Source: a virus
Direction: 5' to 3' (one strand)
Virus record (IMG/VR): IMGVR_UViG_3300008267_013251
Coordinates: 81,016-145,015 of that record
DNA: 64,000 bases
Part shown: positions 52,638 through 60,835 of the stretch, piece by piece
Position numbering within the stretch: the stretch's first letter is position 1
How the letters are laid out: each line of letters opens with the position of its first letter
Notes under the pieces: model-generated
Database searches by the model: none
What the model saw: the letters and a program-made list of their open reading frames with translations, nothing else
Told to the model about the DNA's origin: nothing
Position numbers and translations under genes: made by a program

Positions 52638-53476
52638 GACTGTTTTGTTCCATCATGCTCTCTGAACCATTTCGTAATAATTACCTTTTCACCACGCTCG
52701 ACAGGCATGCCCCAATGTTCTGTCCAAGGATTACCATCCCCATTTGGTAAAATGTTATTCCAGAATAAAGCGGTCCTTTTCTTGGGGGCAAAATCTATCC
52801 CGATCTTAGTAAACTTGGTATGTCCACCCGCCGTGACATCATTCAAATAAACCATAAATGTCCAAGTCCTTTGTCCCTTATCTAAATGAACTTGATTATA
52901 TGCAGAGTTTTTATCAAACCAATCATTATGTGGCTTGAACTCTTGTCCCACTTCATATAACTGTCCTTGCGGTTCTTCAGAATTCCCATAGGGAATTCTT
53001 AAAAAATCATGAACATATTTGTTCATTTCCATATTTTCTGGTGTTTCGTGCAATCTAAGATAAGAAGTTCTACTTGTTCTTACGGTGGCTTCTGCCTCTG
53101 GGTTAGTCACCAAAGACTTGGTCAAATTACCTTTGATAATTTGCACAAACCTATCACATTGCTCATCAGTAAAAAAGTCTTCGACTTCATAAAGCTCTAC
53201 ATAGTTATTATCTATTCTATGTGCTCTTGGGTTATCAGCTAAAGGCTTGTAAAGAGGGAAAATAATAGGCTTTTCATCATTATCCAAAATTTTTTGTGTT
53301 TGTCTTCTGATCAAAGTTTTAACATTGGAAGGCATGAAATTTAATTCTTTGGCTATTGCATCCCAACAGAAGCCATGATTCAGGAGAATCACGAATAGAT
53401 TCTCTTTATTCTTTTCTGCTTTCACATGATTCCAAATCCACCACTTCCAATCATCGCTAAATGTTTTAAGAAGCAT
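52634..53476 (-). CDS. prolyl 4-hydroxylase-like 2OG-Fe(II) oxygenase
   Basis: RTS, Y.VGQEFKPH.D, GQRTWT.MVYLN...GG.T.F, H...PV..GEK..ITKWFR. Confidence 0.88.
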   Translation of the reverse strand: MLLKTFSDDWKWWIWNHVKAEKNKENLFVILLNHGFCWDAIAKELNFMPSNVKTLIRRQTQKILDNDEKPIIFPLYKPLADNPRAHRIDNNYVELYEVEDFFTDEQCDRFVQIIKGNLTKSLVTNPEAEATVRTSRTSYLRLHETPENMEMNKYVHDFLRIPYGNSEEPQGQLYEVGQEFKPHNDWFDKNSAYNQVHLDKGQRTWTFMVYLNDVTAGGHTKFTKIGIDFAPKKRTALFWNNILPNGDGNPWTEHWGMPVERGEKVIITKWFREHDGTKQS

Positions 53477-53972
53477 TTGTAAATCTCCAATGATAAAATG
53501 ATTGTATTACCATTTGATGTTTTTCGCATTGCAGATCATCTCTCCAATGGTTCATCGTTGTTCCCAATATTAAAGCACCATCGCCAACTCTTGTCTCAAA
53601 TCCTTTGATGCCGTCTACAGTTTCAACATATAAAGGCCATGGCTTGTTGATATTACTGAATGTGCAAACAGTTAAAGTTATATCAAGACCTTCTCTATCT
53701 TTATGCTTTTTTAGCTTCGATCCATCATAATAAATTCTTGTATAACTGTTTTCTTCTTTGATGTTATTAAATCCAGTTGCCTGTTTAATTTGGGGAGTCA
53801 AATCATGCAAAAGCTTTTCATATAACGGAATCCTTGCTGTCCCATAACTGTTGCCATAATGTGAGTTATCGACCTCATGACTCAATCTATTCTCCATCAT
53901 CATACGGAGAGCAGCTTGATTCAATTCATCGCATTGTTTTTGATTTAAAAGCTTTTCAAAGAAAATATACAT
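53466..53972 (-). CDS. phage 2OG-Fe(II) oxygenase
   Basis: SYTRIY, LKKH.DR, WPL, GD, HWR and Q.FYHW. Confidence 0.8.
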   Translation of the reverse strand: MYIFFEKLLNQKQCDELNQAALRMMMENRLSHEVDNSHYGNSYGTARIPLYEKLLHDLTPQIKQATGFNNIKEENSYTRIYYDGSKLKKHKDREGLDITLTVCTFSNINKPWPLYVETVDGIKGFETRVGDGALILGTTMNHWRDDLQCEKHQMVIQSFYHWRFTNAS

Positions 53973-54010
53973 AATAGCCTACTTTTAAACTATTATAGTA
54001 TATTTTTATC

Positions 54011-55432
54011 CTAATTTGAAAATTTTAACTTAATTTGTTTTCCACCTCTAGCCTCGCTCAAAAATCTTGAGAAAAGCAAACCATGTCGTATCGGATCAAC
54101 ATCGGTGACACCCAATAAATAAAGAATCAAAGACCCACCACCAGAACCTCTTCCGGGGCCAACAGCCTCCCTTCCATCTCCCCAACCCAAAAGCTCAGGA
54201 CAAACTCTTCTGGCCTCATCGGTCATCATCTTCTGGACTAGAAAGTAACTAGCAAACCCCTTTCGTGTGATTATATCAAATTCTTCCGCAACTCGTTTGC
54301 CGTATTCCCCTTGTGGCTTGATGTTTCTAAACCGCAATCCATCTGCGACAGCCTGCGCTAGAGCTTTCTTTTCTTCCTCTTGTAGTGGAAATTTTATGCT
54401 TCTGTCTAGTTCAACGCCCTTGGCTTTTTGACAAATAGCAACTGTAGTGGCCTTGGCTTCTTCAAATATTTCGAGTGGTATGACATCACTATATTTTTTT
54501 TGCCACATCTCATTAAGCTCTTCTTCTGTTTTCATCCACAAATTACTGTCTTGGAGTTCAAAAAAATCTTGATTTTCATTTTCTTCAATCATCTTTTGTA
54601 TTTCTGGCAAAGTTCTTTTTGTCTGAATCATCAGCATCAATCTTTGATAATGACTATCTTCCTGTTTGCAATAATGGCAGTCGTTAGTAAGAATAATTGG
54701 AAGATTATACTTATCTTTCATTTTCAAAATGAAAACATCATATGGTTTTTGCTTTTTGAAATCCAACATCATAATTTCTAAGTAAAACTGACCTTTGAAC
54801 ATGTTGATATATCTTACTAAAACTTCTTCAGCTGCTTCCTCCCCTTTTTTATCGAATGTTCTGCCTATTTCACTTGCATAACAGCAAGATGTAAAAATCA
54901 ATCCTTCTTTATGTTTTTGAAGCATCTCATAGTTTACACGGGGTTTCGCATAGAAACCCTTCAGAAAACCATAAGATGATAATTGAACAAGATTGGAATA
55001 ACCTTGTTTAGATGTGGCAATCGCAAGTAAGTGACTGCCTTTTACTTTGAATTCTTCAAGCTCTTCAGGACCAAGTTGGTCCATGAATTTCTTTCTACTC
55101 TCTTCATCAGGAGTAGGCTCGGAGTGCATGCGGTTGACATATAACTCACAGGCAAAAATTGCACTAAGCTTATTTTTTCCGTGTTGTTCACAAATTTGTT
55201 CACAAGCTTTTACTTGTCTGGGAACAGCACCGAGCATGCCATGATCACTTATGCAGAGAAACTGACCATGGTGGTGCCAATGCTCTGCGTATTCTTCAAC
55301 TTGGCCAAATCCATCTAAAAGACTATAGTTTTTTGCGCCCCCGGCATTAAATTATGCCGGGGGCAGTATGTCTGTGTGAAGATGTAGGTGTTCAAAACCT
55401 ACTATCTTCACACTTGACCCTTGGTTGGACAT
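54011..55432 (-). CDS. dnaE: DNA polymerase III alpha, N-terminal half (PHP domain to GRGS/palm start), interrupted by a 42-nt stop-containing insert
   Basis: ATG 55432 (or GTG 55411) gives MSNQGSSVKIVGFEHLHLHTD-[insert]-YSLLDG...ISDHG...CELY...HLL...TSCC...NDCHY...GPGRGS...DP...LLFSRFL, all in one frame with a single TAA at 55354-55352. Confidence 0.9.
55328..55369 (-). other. 42-nt hairpin insertion with in-frame stop (candidate translational bypass element)
   Basis: ATACTGCCCCCGGCATAATTTAATGCCGGGGGCGCAAAAAAC between codons GAC and TAT; 11-bp stem, 6-nt loop. Confidence 0.9.
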
Positions 55433-56415
55433 GATTTTACCTTAAAACCTTTTGATTGAAGCCAGTTTTCAAAAGCACAGGCATCATAGTTGTCATTTTT
55501 AACACAGTTCTCAACAACTGTCAATGGCTGTAAATTTTCCAAACAATTAATTAATTTAATGTCTCTAATGCCATAGTCTAAAAATGCTTTAATAGGAAAA
55601 ATATGATCAAGGTGCCATTTTTTTCCTATTAATTTATGCCAGTTTTTGTGATTAAATATGTGTTCCCGTAGTTGCACAGCGGTATAGCCCAACAATTCTT
55701 TTGTTTTTTTGTTTTTATTTATTTTTAAATATCTTATGCAAATGTTAATCATCGATCTGCATTTCTGTCTAAACAAATCATTAGTCCTTTTCTTTTCACG
55801 ATCAGATATCCATTCATAATGATGAGAACCACTTCTTCCTAACAAAGAACAAGCAGGACACCTAGGAACTTTTTGGAAATTATTTAAAGTTTTTTTATGA
55901 TTCTGTCCGCATTTACAAATAAATTCTACTGGCAGTCTTGCTTTTTTATATAAGCCAATTAATTTGCATCCTTGATCTTTGAAAAATTTTGCAACTTGAT
56001 CTTGTGATAAAGTTTGCTTCTTTGAATTTTTTATGTTACCACATTTTTTGCATCTATTACCTTTTCTAAAACTATCAAATACTATTTTAGATTTATTGCC
56101 ACACTCACAAATATAATCTAATTTAGCTCTGGCATTTATGTAATTTTCACTTAGAAGATAACAGTTCCTATCTTCAAAAAATTTTTTGACATAGTCATAT
56201 TTAAGTTTGAATTTATTTTTTAAACAATTTTTACATCTGCCTCCTTGCATAAAATTACTTAGTTTTATATAAGAAATATTTCTGCAAACACAAATATATT
56301 TTAATTTATTTTTTGCATTACAATACCTGTCCAATAATTTGCACCCAGCATCTTCAAAAACTTTGACAACAAAATCTTGATCATATTTTTTACCTTGCGC
56401 CACAACCCACCTCAA
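55408..56415 (-). CDS. free-standing HNH-type (putative homing) endonuclease with three Zn-finger repeats
   Basis: Three F...(G/N)C.L...Y..A.....IC.C....RC..C repeats plus WHLDHIFP...NLQPL...EN..K; start may be GTG 56403. Confidence 0.8.
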   Translation of the reverse strand: MRWVVAQGKKYDQDFVVKVFEDAGCKLLDRYCNAKNKLKYICVCRNISYIKLSNFMQGGRCKNCLKNKFKLKYDYVKKFFEDRNCYLLSENYINARAKLDYICECGNKSKIVFDSFRKGNRCKKCGNIKNSKKQTLSQDQVAKFFKDQGCKLIGLYKKARLPVEFICKCGQNHKKTLNNFQKVPRCPACSLLGRSGSHHYEWISDREKKRTNDLFRQKCRSMINICIRYLKINKNKKTKELLGYTAVQLREHIFNHKNWHKLIGKKWHLDHIFPIKAFLDYGIRDIKLINCLENLQPLTVVENCVKNDNYDACAFENWLQSKGFKVKSCPTKGQV

Positions 56416-56468
56416 ATAGATTAGCTTTTCATAATCTATCTAGTGAGCAGTAGTAAAATTTTAATTTA

Positions 56469-58079
56469 TCAACTTCTTGTCAAACCGAATTCCCTTTTAT
56501 ACTGTTCTCTTGTCAATTGAATTACATTTGACCCGTCATTCTCATCGCAATAAAACATGAGTTCTTCTTGGTTTTCATCTTTGGTGACCAGAAGAACTGA
56601 TTTGCCAGAAACAGCATTTAATGATTTCAAAGTTTCATCAAGGTACGGCATATACAAAGTTCTGCCTTCCCATTGATGCTCTAAAAGCATTATGTTCCTA
56701 CCAAGATGATTGTGGTCGGTCATCCTAATATCTGGTAAACCTCTGTTGGAATATCTTTGAATGAGCTTTTTCTTAATTTTCTTGGCATCCTTTGATTCAA
56801 TTACTACTTCACCATTAGGATACTTTTTCCATTCAAAGAACTGATACTTTTCGCAAAAATCCTGAGTAAAGAATTCATTGATCAAATTGACATCATCATA
56901 TATCTTTACAACTTCAAAAACTTTATTTTTACCCTCGCCAAGCTTCAAATCCCAGTTTTCTTTTTCTTTGAAACTAGCACAATTGTCGTAATCAGAACCA
57001 AACCTTCCTTTATCCCATCTTTCCTCAATATCTATCAACAAATTAAACCCAAGCTTATATGGGTTCATACTGTACTTACCACCAAGAACACCAGCCTTAT
57101 GAATCGAATACTCTACAATTCCTTCATCATGACTCTTTTGACCCAAAGCACAAAGCCCTTGTTTGGCTATCAAATGGTAGTCAACATAGCTGGCAAATCC
57201 TTCATTCGCCATTTTTGTCATGCCTTGTGGAGCAAAATAGTGTGCTTCGTCATAAAGCATACTCATGATGTCTGATTGCCAAGGCTTGAGATTGCAGTTA
57301 TCTTTTATCCATCCATAAATATCTCTTTCTGGAGACCGGGGTATTCCCAAATCTTCAATTTTTTCTTCTCTTTCAATACGATACTTCTCTGACTTAATAT
57401 ATTCTTTTGTATTGATCCAATCTTCCATATAATTTCTATCTTTGTCTATTTTAATCCTTTTTGGATAACGATATTTTCTTTCATCTCTAACAATAGGATT
57501 TTTTACTTGTCTAGTTTCCCAAGCTTTGGATGGATCAATCAAAGTTTCGATTCTTAATAAATTATCAATAAATTCAGTTACTTTTTCTTTCCCCCACCTT
57601 GCCATATACTTTCTGATTCTGCTGCCATGGTTAGCTAGCTCATTAATCATATTCTGGGATGTGTGTTTGAAATAGTGGTTATTCTTGAAAAAGTGGTTGT
57701 GCCCAGTAGCATGAGCAATAACAGTAACATTATCAAGAAGGGTATTGCTATTAAGGCAATAAATGTAGCAAGGATTTGTATTGAGAACCATTTCATAAAT
57801 GCGATGCATTCCATACATGTAACCTCGTTGCAGTTCTTCGTACTCCATACCCCAACGCCAATGGGGATATCTTACTGGAAACCCTCCATAAGCTGCAACT
57901 TCGGAAATTTCGTCATAGGTAAGCATTTGAACCACGGTGGGATAGAAATCCAATCCGAAGTCTGTGCATGCCTTTAAAATATCTGGAATTAAAACCTTCA
58001 ATTCATGTGGTATAGAAACACCGGGAGTGGTAGCACTCCCTTGCAGAATTGAAGAGCCATACATGAATTTGTCAGTCAT
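56469..58079 (-). CDS. spoVR: SpoVR/YcgB family protein
   Basis: GFPVRYPHWRWG.EY, IYEMV.N..P, HA.GHNHFFKNN, TKMANEGFASY and NPYKLG. Confidence 0.95.
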   Translation of the reverse strand: MTDKFMYGSSILQGSATTPGVSIPHELKVLIPDILKACTDFGLDFYPTVVQMLTYDEISEVAAYGGFPVRYPHWRWGMEYEELQRGYMYGMHRIYEMVLNTNPCYIYCLNSNTLLDNVTVIAHATGHNHFFKNNHYFKHTSQNMINELANHGSRIRKYMARWGKEKVTEFIDNLLRIETLIDPSKAWETRQVKNPIVRDERKYRYPKRIKIDKDRNYMEDWINTKEYIKSEKYRIEREEKIEDLGIPRSPERDIYGWIKDNCNLKPWQSDIMSMLYDEAHYFAPQGMTKMANEGFASYVDYHLIAKQGLCALGQKSHDEGIVEYSIHKAGVLGGKYSMNPYKLGFNLLIDIEERWDKGRFGSDYDNCASFKEKENWDLKLGEGKNKVFEVVKIYDDVNLINEFFTQDFCEKYQFFEWKKYPNGEVVIESKDAKKIKKKLIQRYSNRGLPDIRMTDHNHLGRNIMLLEHQWEGRTLYMPYLDETLKSLNAVSGKSVLLVTKDENQEELMFYCDENDGSNVIQLTREQYKREFGLTRS

Positions 58080-58086
58080 CGCAACC

Positions 58087-59268
58087 TCAAGATATCTTTG
58101 TTTTACCAAGCAAGTCTTTAATAGCTTTTAAAACGGCCTCGTTTCTTGCCTCACCACTTAGGTTGGAGGAAGAATTTTCTATTTCAGCCGTCTTTATATT
58201 TTCACCAAGTGTATCATCCTCTTTAGCATCTCTGACTGCCTCCAAAACTGATCCACGATAGTCGTATGCAAAAATCTGCGTAATTCCAACAAAATTGACG
58301 ACTTTTTCAGGGAATTCTTTTTTCAAAGTCTGAATAAAAACTTCGTTGTCATTTATTTGATTTTCACCATCGGTAAAGTAAAACACATAAATATTCCATT
58401 TATTTGGCGGGAACCTATTTTCAAATTGTTTGGCAATTAATTTTAGTGAGGAACTGCAAACTGTTCCACCACCAAATCTATATTTGTAAAATTTTTGTTC
58501 GTCAACTTCTTGTGCTTGTGTATCGTGCCATACAAACATTCTTTCAACACGCTTATAAAATCTCTTTATCCATACATCAATCCACCAAGCCATATCTGAA
58601 ACTATTTCGCATTTTGCAGTATCCATGCTGGCGCTTCCATCTCTTGCATAAATTATCAATGCATTAGTAGATGGGTTTTTGATCTCTTTGTATTGTCTAT
58701 ACCTCTTGTCACTATTAATTGGCAGAATCAAACGAACTGGGTCTTTATACCCCGGCACTTGATGCAACTGATTGATTTCCCCCGTGCTACACATTCTTTT
58801 CAACGCAGTAAGCATGGTTCTTCTAGTATGCCTAAGCGACTCTGGGCCAACTAAAGAAATATTATTGTATTTAATTTTTATATCTTCAAAAGTATTATCT
58901 TCTTTCGGATTTAAATCAGGAAGTTCCAATTCATCTTGTAAGAATTTAAGAATTTCTTCCAAATCTAAACTGATTGTGATGCCTTCTGCCTCTTCCGAGC
59001 CAGCTTTATTACCTTTGCCTTTTCCCTTTGGATCATCTCTTCCGATAACATCTCCCGGCTTTCCATCTCCTCGTCCAACACCTGTGCCGTTGTTACCGAA
59101 AACAATATGTGGAATGTCAATTTTTGGAATGGAAATTGAAATTTTCCCATTCTTCCCTCTGCTTCTAAAAATATTTCCCGATTTTATAAATTTTTTAAGC
59201 TCCTTACGAATTTTACCAGAAACAACATCTCGAAATTCTTTATGGTCTTCATTTATTCTACGAGGAAT
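58087..59268 (-). CDS. yeaH: YeaH/YhbH (DUF444) vWA-domain protein, probable AUU start
   Basis: Frame open from ATT 59268 (IPRRINEDHKEFRDVVSGKIRKEL, GVGRG.G..GD); L..ELELP.L.PK, DGSASM, GGGT..SS, WNIY.FYFTDGEN. Confidence 0.9.
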   Translation of the reverse strand: MPRRINEDHKEFRDVVSGKIRKELKKFIKSGNIFRSRGKNGKISISIPKIDIPHIVFGNNGTGVGRGDGKPGDVIGRDDPKGKGKGNKAGSEEAEGITISLDLEEILKFLQDELELPDLNPKEDNTFEDIKIKYNNISLVGPESLRHTRRTMLTALKRMCSTGEINQLHQVPGYKDPVRLILPINSDKRYRQYKEIKNPSTNALIIYARDGSASMDTAKCEIVSDMAWWIDVWIKRFYKRVERMFVWHDTQAQEVDEQKFYKYRFGGGTVCSSSLKLIAKQFENRFPPNKWNIYVFYFTDGENQINDNEVFIQTLKKEFPEKVVNFVGITQIFAYDYRGSVLEAVRDAKEDDTLGENIKTAEIENSSSNLSGEARNEAVLKAIKDLLGKTKIS

Positions 59269-59350
59269 AAGTCACCTCTCTTTCAGTTTCCTTTAAGTAT
59301 ACTTCTATGCAACCATGTTTTGCAAATTAATTTTCATCAAAATATATACG

Positions 59351-59388
59351 AAAAAACCAGAACCATTAGACAAATCTAACGGTTCTGG
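59351..59388 (-). terminator. intrinsic terminator
   Basis: CCAGAACCGTTAGA-TTTG-TCTAATGGTTCTGG-TTTTTT on the minus strand. Confidence 0.8.
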
Positions 59389-59407
59389 CTCTGTCCTAAA
59401 AATGCAC

Positions 59408-60220
59408 TCATTGAACAATATTAAAAAAGAAAAGCTGAACCAATCTGGCCTTACTTGCATCTTCGACAGATAAGCCCTCATAAGTGCTGGCAGAATGTAT
59501 CAGCTTTGCATCCCAAATTGCTAACCTATTATAAACAGCGCCGACCTTATCACATAGCTCCCAATTATCTGGATGTACAAAATTATATTGATTGTATATT
59601 TCTGAATCTGCTTTTTGAATCGCTTCTTGGTTGGCAAACTTGTGCGACTCTAGTGGATTAGCTGGAGGTCTACGGCATCCATGTTTCTTGCTTTTCCAGA
59701 AACTTGTGCCAGCAGTTATAGGGGCATCAGGTGTTAAGTATATTGCAGCTGCATAGTTTTGAGCATCACTATGGTATACCAAGGGGTCTTGAAAACCTGT
59801 GATTTGGAAACAGCCATTAGCAATCTGGAACAGCCAGCCCTCAATTTGTGTACCCAGAAGTCTTTCAAACTCTTCCTTTAAATAAGGCCACAAAAACCTT
59901 TCTGTGGTCCTTTTACCCTTATACCAACGAAGGTCTTCGTGAAACTCTTGTTCAAGAGCCATCCCTCTAATATCATCAGGATTTTTGTAAAAATTGTCAA
60001 CTACAAGCAAATGTGGATTTCTTTTGTTGAAAATATTATGATTTACCGAAAATGAACTAGAAAAATTTAAATCTTTTTCCAAGACCCACATAGGAAGATC
60101 GACATCTACTGGCCTGACATAATACTTAGGCAAACCATCTAGGCCTTGGCCAATCTTTTCAACTGTACAATCTTGTTTAGAAAACCGTACTTTTTGGCCT
60201 ACAGAAAATTTAGGATTCAT
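59408..60220 (-). CDS. DUF6445-like 2OG-Fe(II) oxygenase
   Basis: VVDNFY.NPD, H.D...AAAIYL.P, GTSFW, NRL...AKLIH and RLVQLFF. Confidence 0.78.
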   Translation of the reverse strand: MNPKFSVGQKVRFSKQDCTVEKIGQGLDGLPKYYVRPVDVDLPMWVLEKDLNFSSSFSVNHNIFNKRNPHLLVVDNFYKNPDDIRGMALEQEFHEDLRWYKGKRTTERFLWPYLKEEFERLLGTQIEGWLFQIANGCFQITGFQDPLVYHSDAQNYAAAIYLTPDAPITAGTSFWKSKKHGCRRPPANPLESHKFANQEAIQKADSEIYNQYNFVHPDNWELCDKVGAVYNRLAIWDAKLIHSASTYEGLSVEDASKARLVQLFFFNIVQ

Positions 60221-60239
60221 TATTTTTACCCTTTCGCTT

Positions 60240-60593
60240 CTAATTTGAATTAAATTCTAAAATTATGACAGAATCAACAACTATGACTTGCTTTCCAAGA
60301 ATATTAGTTATTTGACCAACTACTTTTACTGCTTTTTCTTGTTTTTCTGCTCGATCTAGCAAAACTTTTTGTTGTGGATTTGTAACAATTAACTGATGTT
60401 TATACATGACGGCATTCGGAAATTTTCCGACTGGCATATGACTAAGTGTTAAAATGTTCTTGTCATATTCAACATAGCCAGAAAAAGTTTTAGTTGGATA
60501 ATTTTCTGAATCGAATTGACTAAAAATATCAAGTGGGCGTTTTTGTAAATCTGCTGTATTAATAAAACAGGTCAGCAACAAAAACGCCCACAT
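60240..60593 (-). CDS. hypothetical protein with hydrophobic N-terminus
   Basis: MWAFLLLTCF. Confidence 0.6.
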   Translation of the reverse strand: MWAFLLLTCFINTADLQKRPLDIFSQFDSENYPTKTFSGYVEYDKNILTLSHMPVGKFPNAVMYKHQLIVTNPQQKVLLDRAEKQEKAVKVVGQITNILGKQVIVVDSVIILEFNSN

Positions 60594-60598
60594 TTTGA

Positions 60599-60826
60599 TT
60601 ACTCTCCAGAGTTAAAAGACAGATCAAAGCCTTTATCTGTCTCAAGCGGGGATGAGAACTTCATGTTCAAGAAAAAGTCTCGTAGCTCGTTGGGCAGGCT
60701 ATTGATTAGCTCACCCAAGGTTGCATCAGAGGCCCATCCGTTCATGATATGCTCATCGAGGTCTTCAAGCAACTGCCTAGATTTGGCAGAATTCAACCAA
60801 GGATTCTTCAAATTAGCTGCACTCAT
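60599..60826 (-). CDS. hypothetical protein
   Basis: AAGGAG SD. Confidence 0.65.
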   Translation of the reverse strand: MSAANLKNPWLNSAKSRQLLEDLDEHIMNGWASDATLGELINSLPNELRDFFLNMKFSSPLETDKGFDLSFNSGE

Positions 60827-60835
60827 GTTTGCTCC

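Noticed and set aside
51074-54010. Split intein or intron between the dnaE halves
   Set aside because: There is no Cys/Ser-initiated intein N-part or HN-C/S/T junction, and the spacer is filled with ordinary genes on both strands.
55352-55354. Genome-wide stop-codon reassignment explaining the in-frame stop
   Set aside because: The stop is TAA, which ends many genes here; TAG and TGA also terminate well-recognised genes.
55328-55369. The dnaE insert as an intrinsic terminator
   Set aside because: On the coding strand the stem is followed by GCAAAAAAC; on the other strand the T-run precedes the stem. Neither orientation has a 3' U-tract.
55328-55369. Group I/II intron or intein
   Set aside because: 42 nt is far too short for a ribozyme core, and the translation has no intein motifs.
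58965-59150. Separate 61-aa ORF or frameshift in yeaH
   Set aside because: The yeaH frame is continuous from 59268 to 58087; this ORF is an overlapping off-frame artefact.
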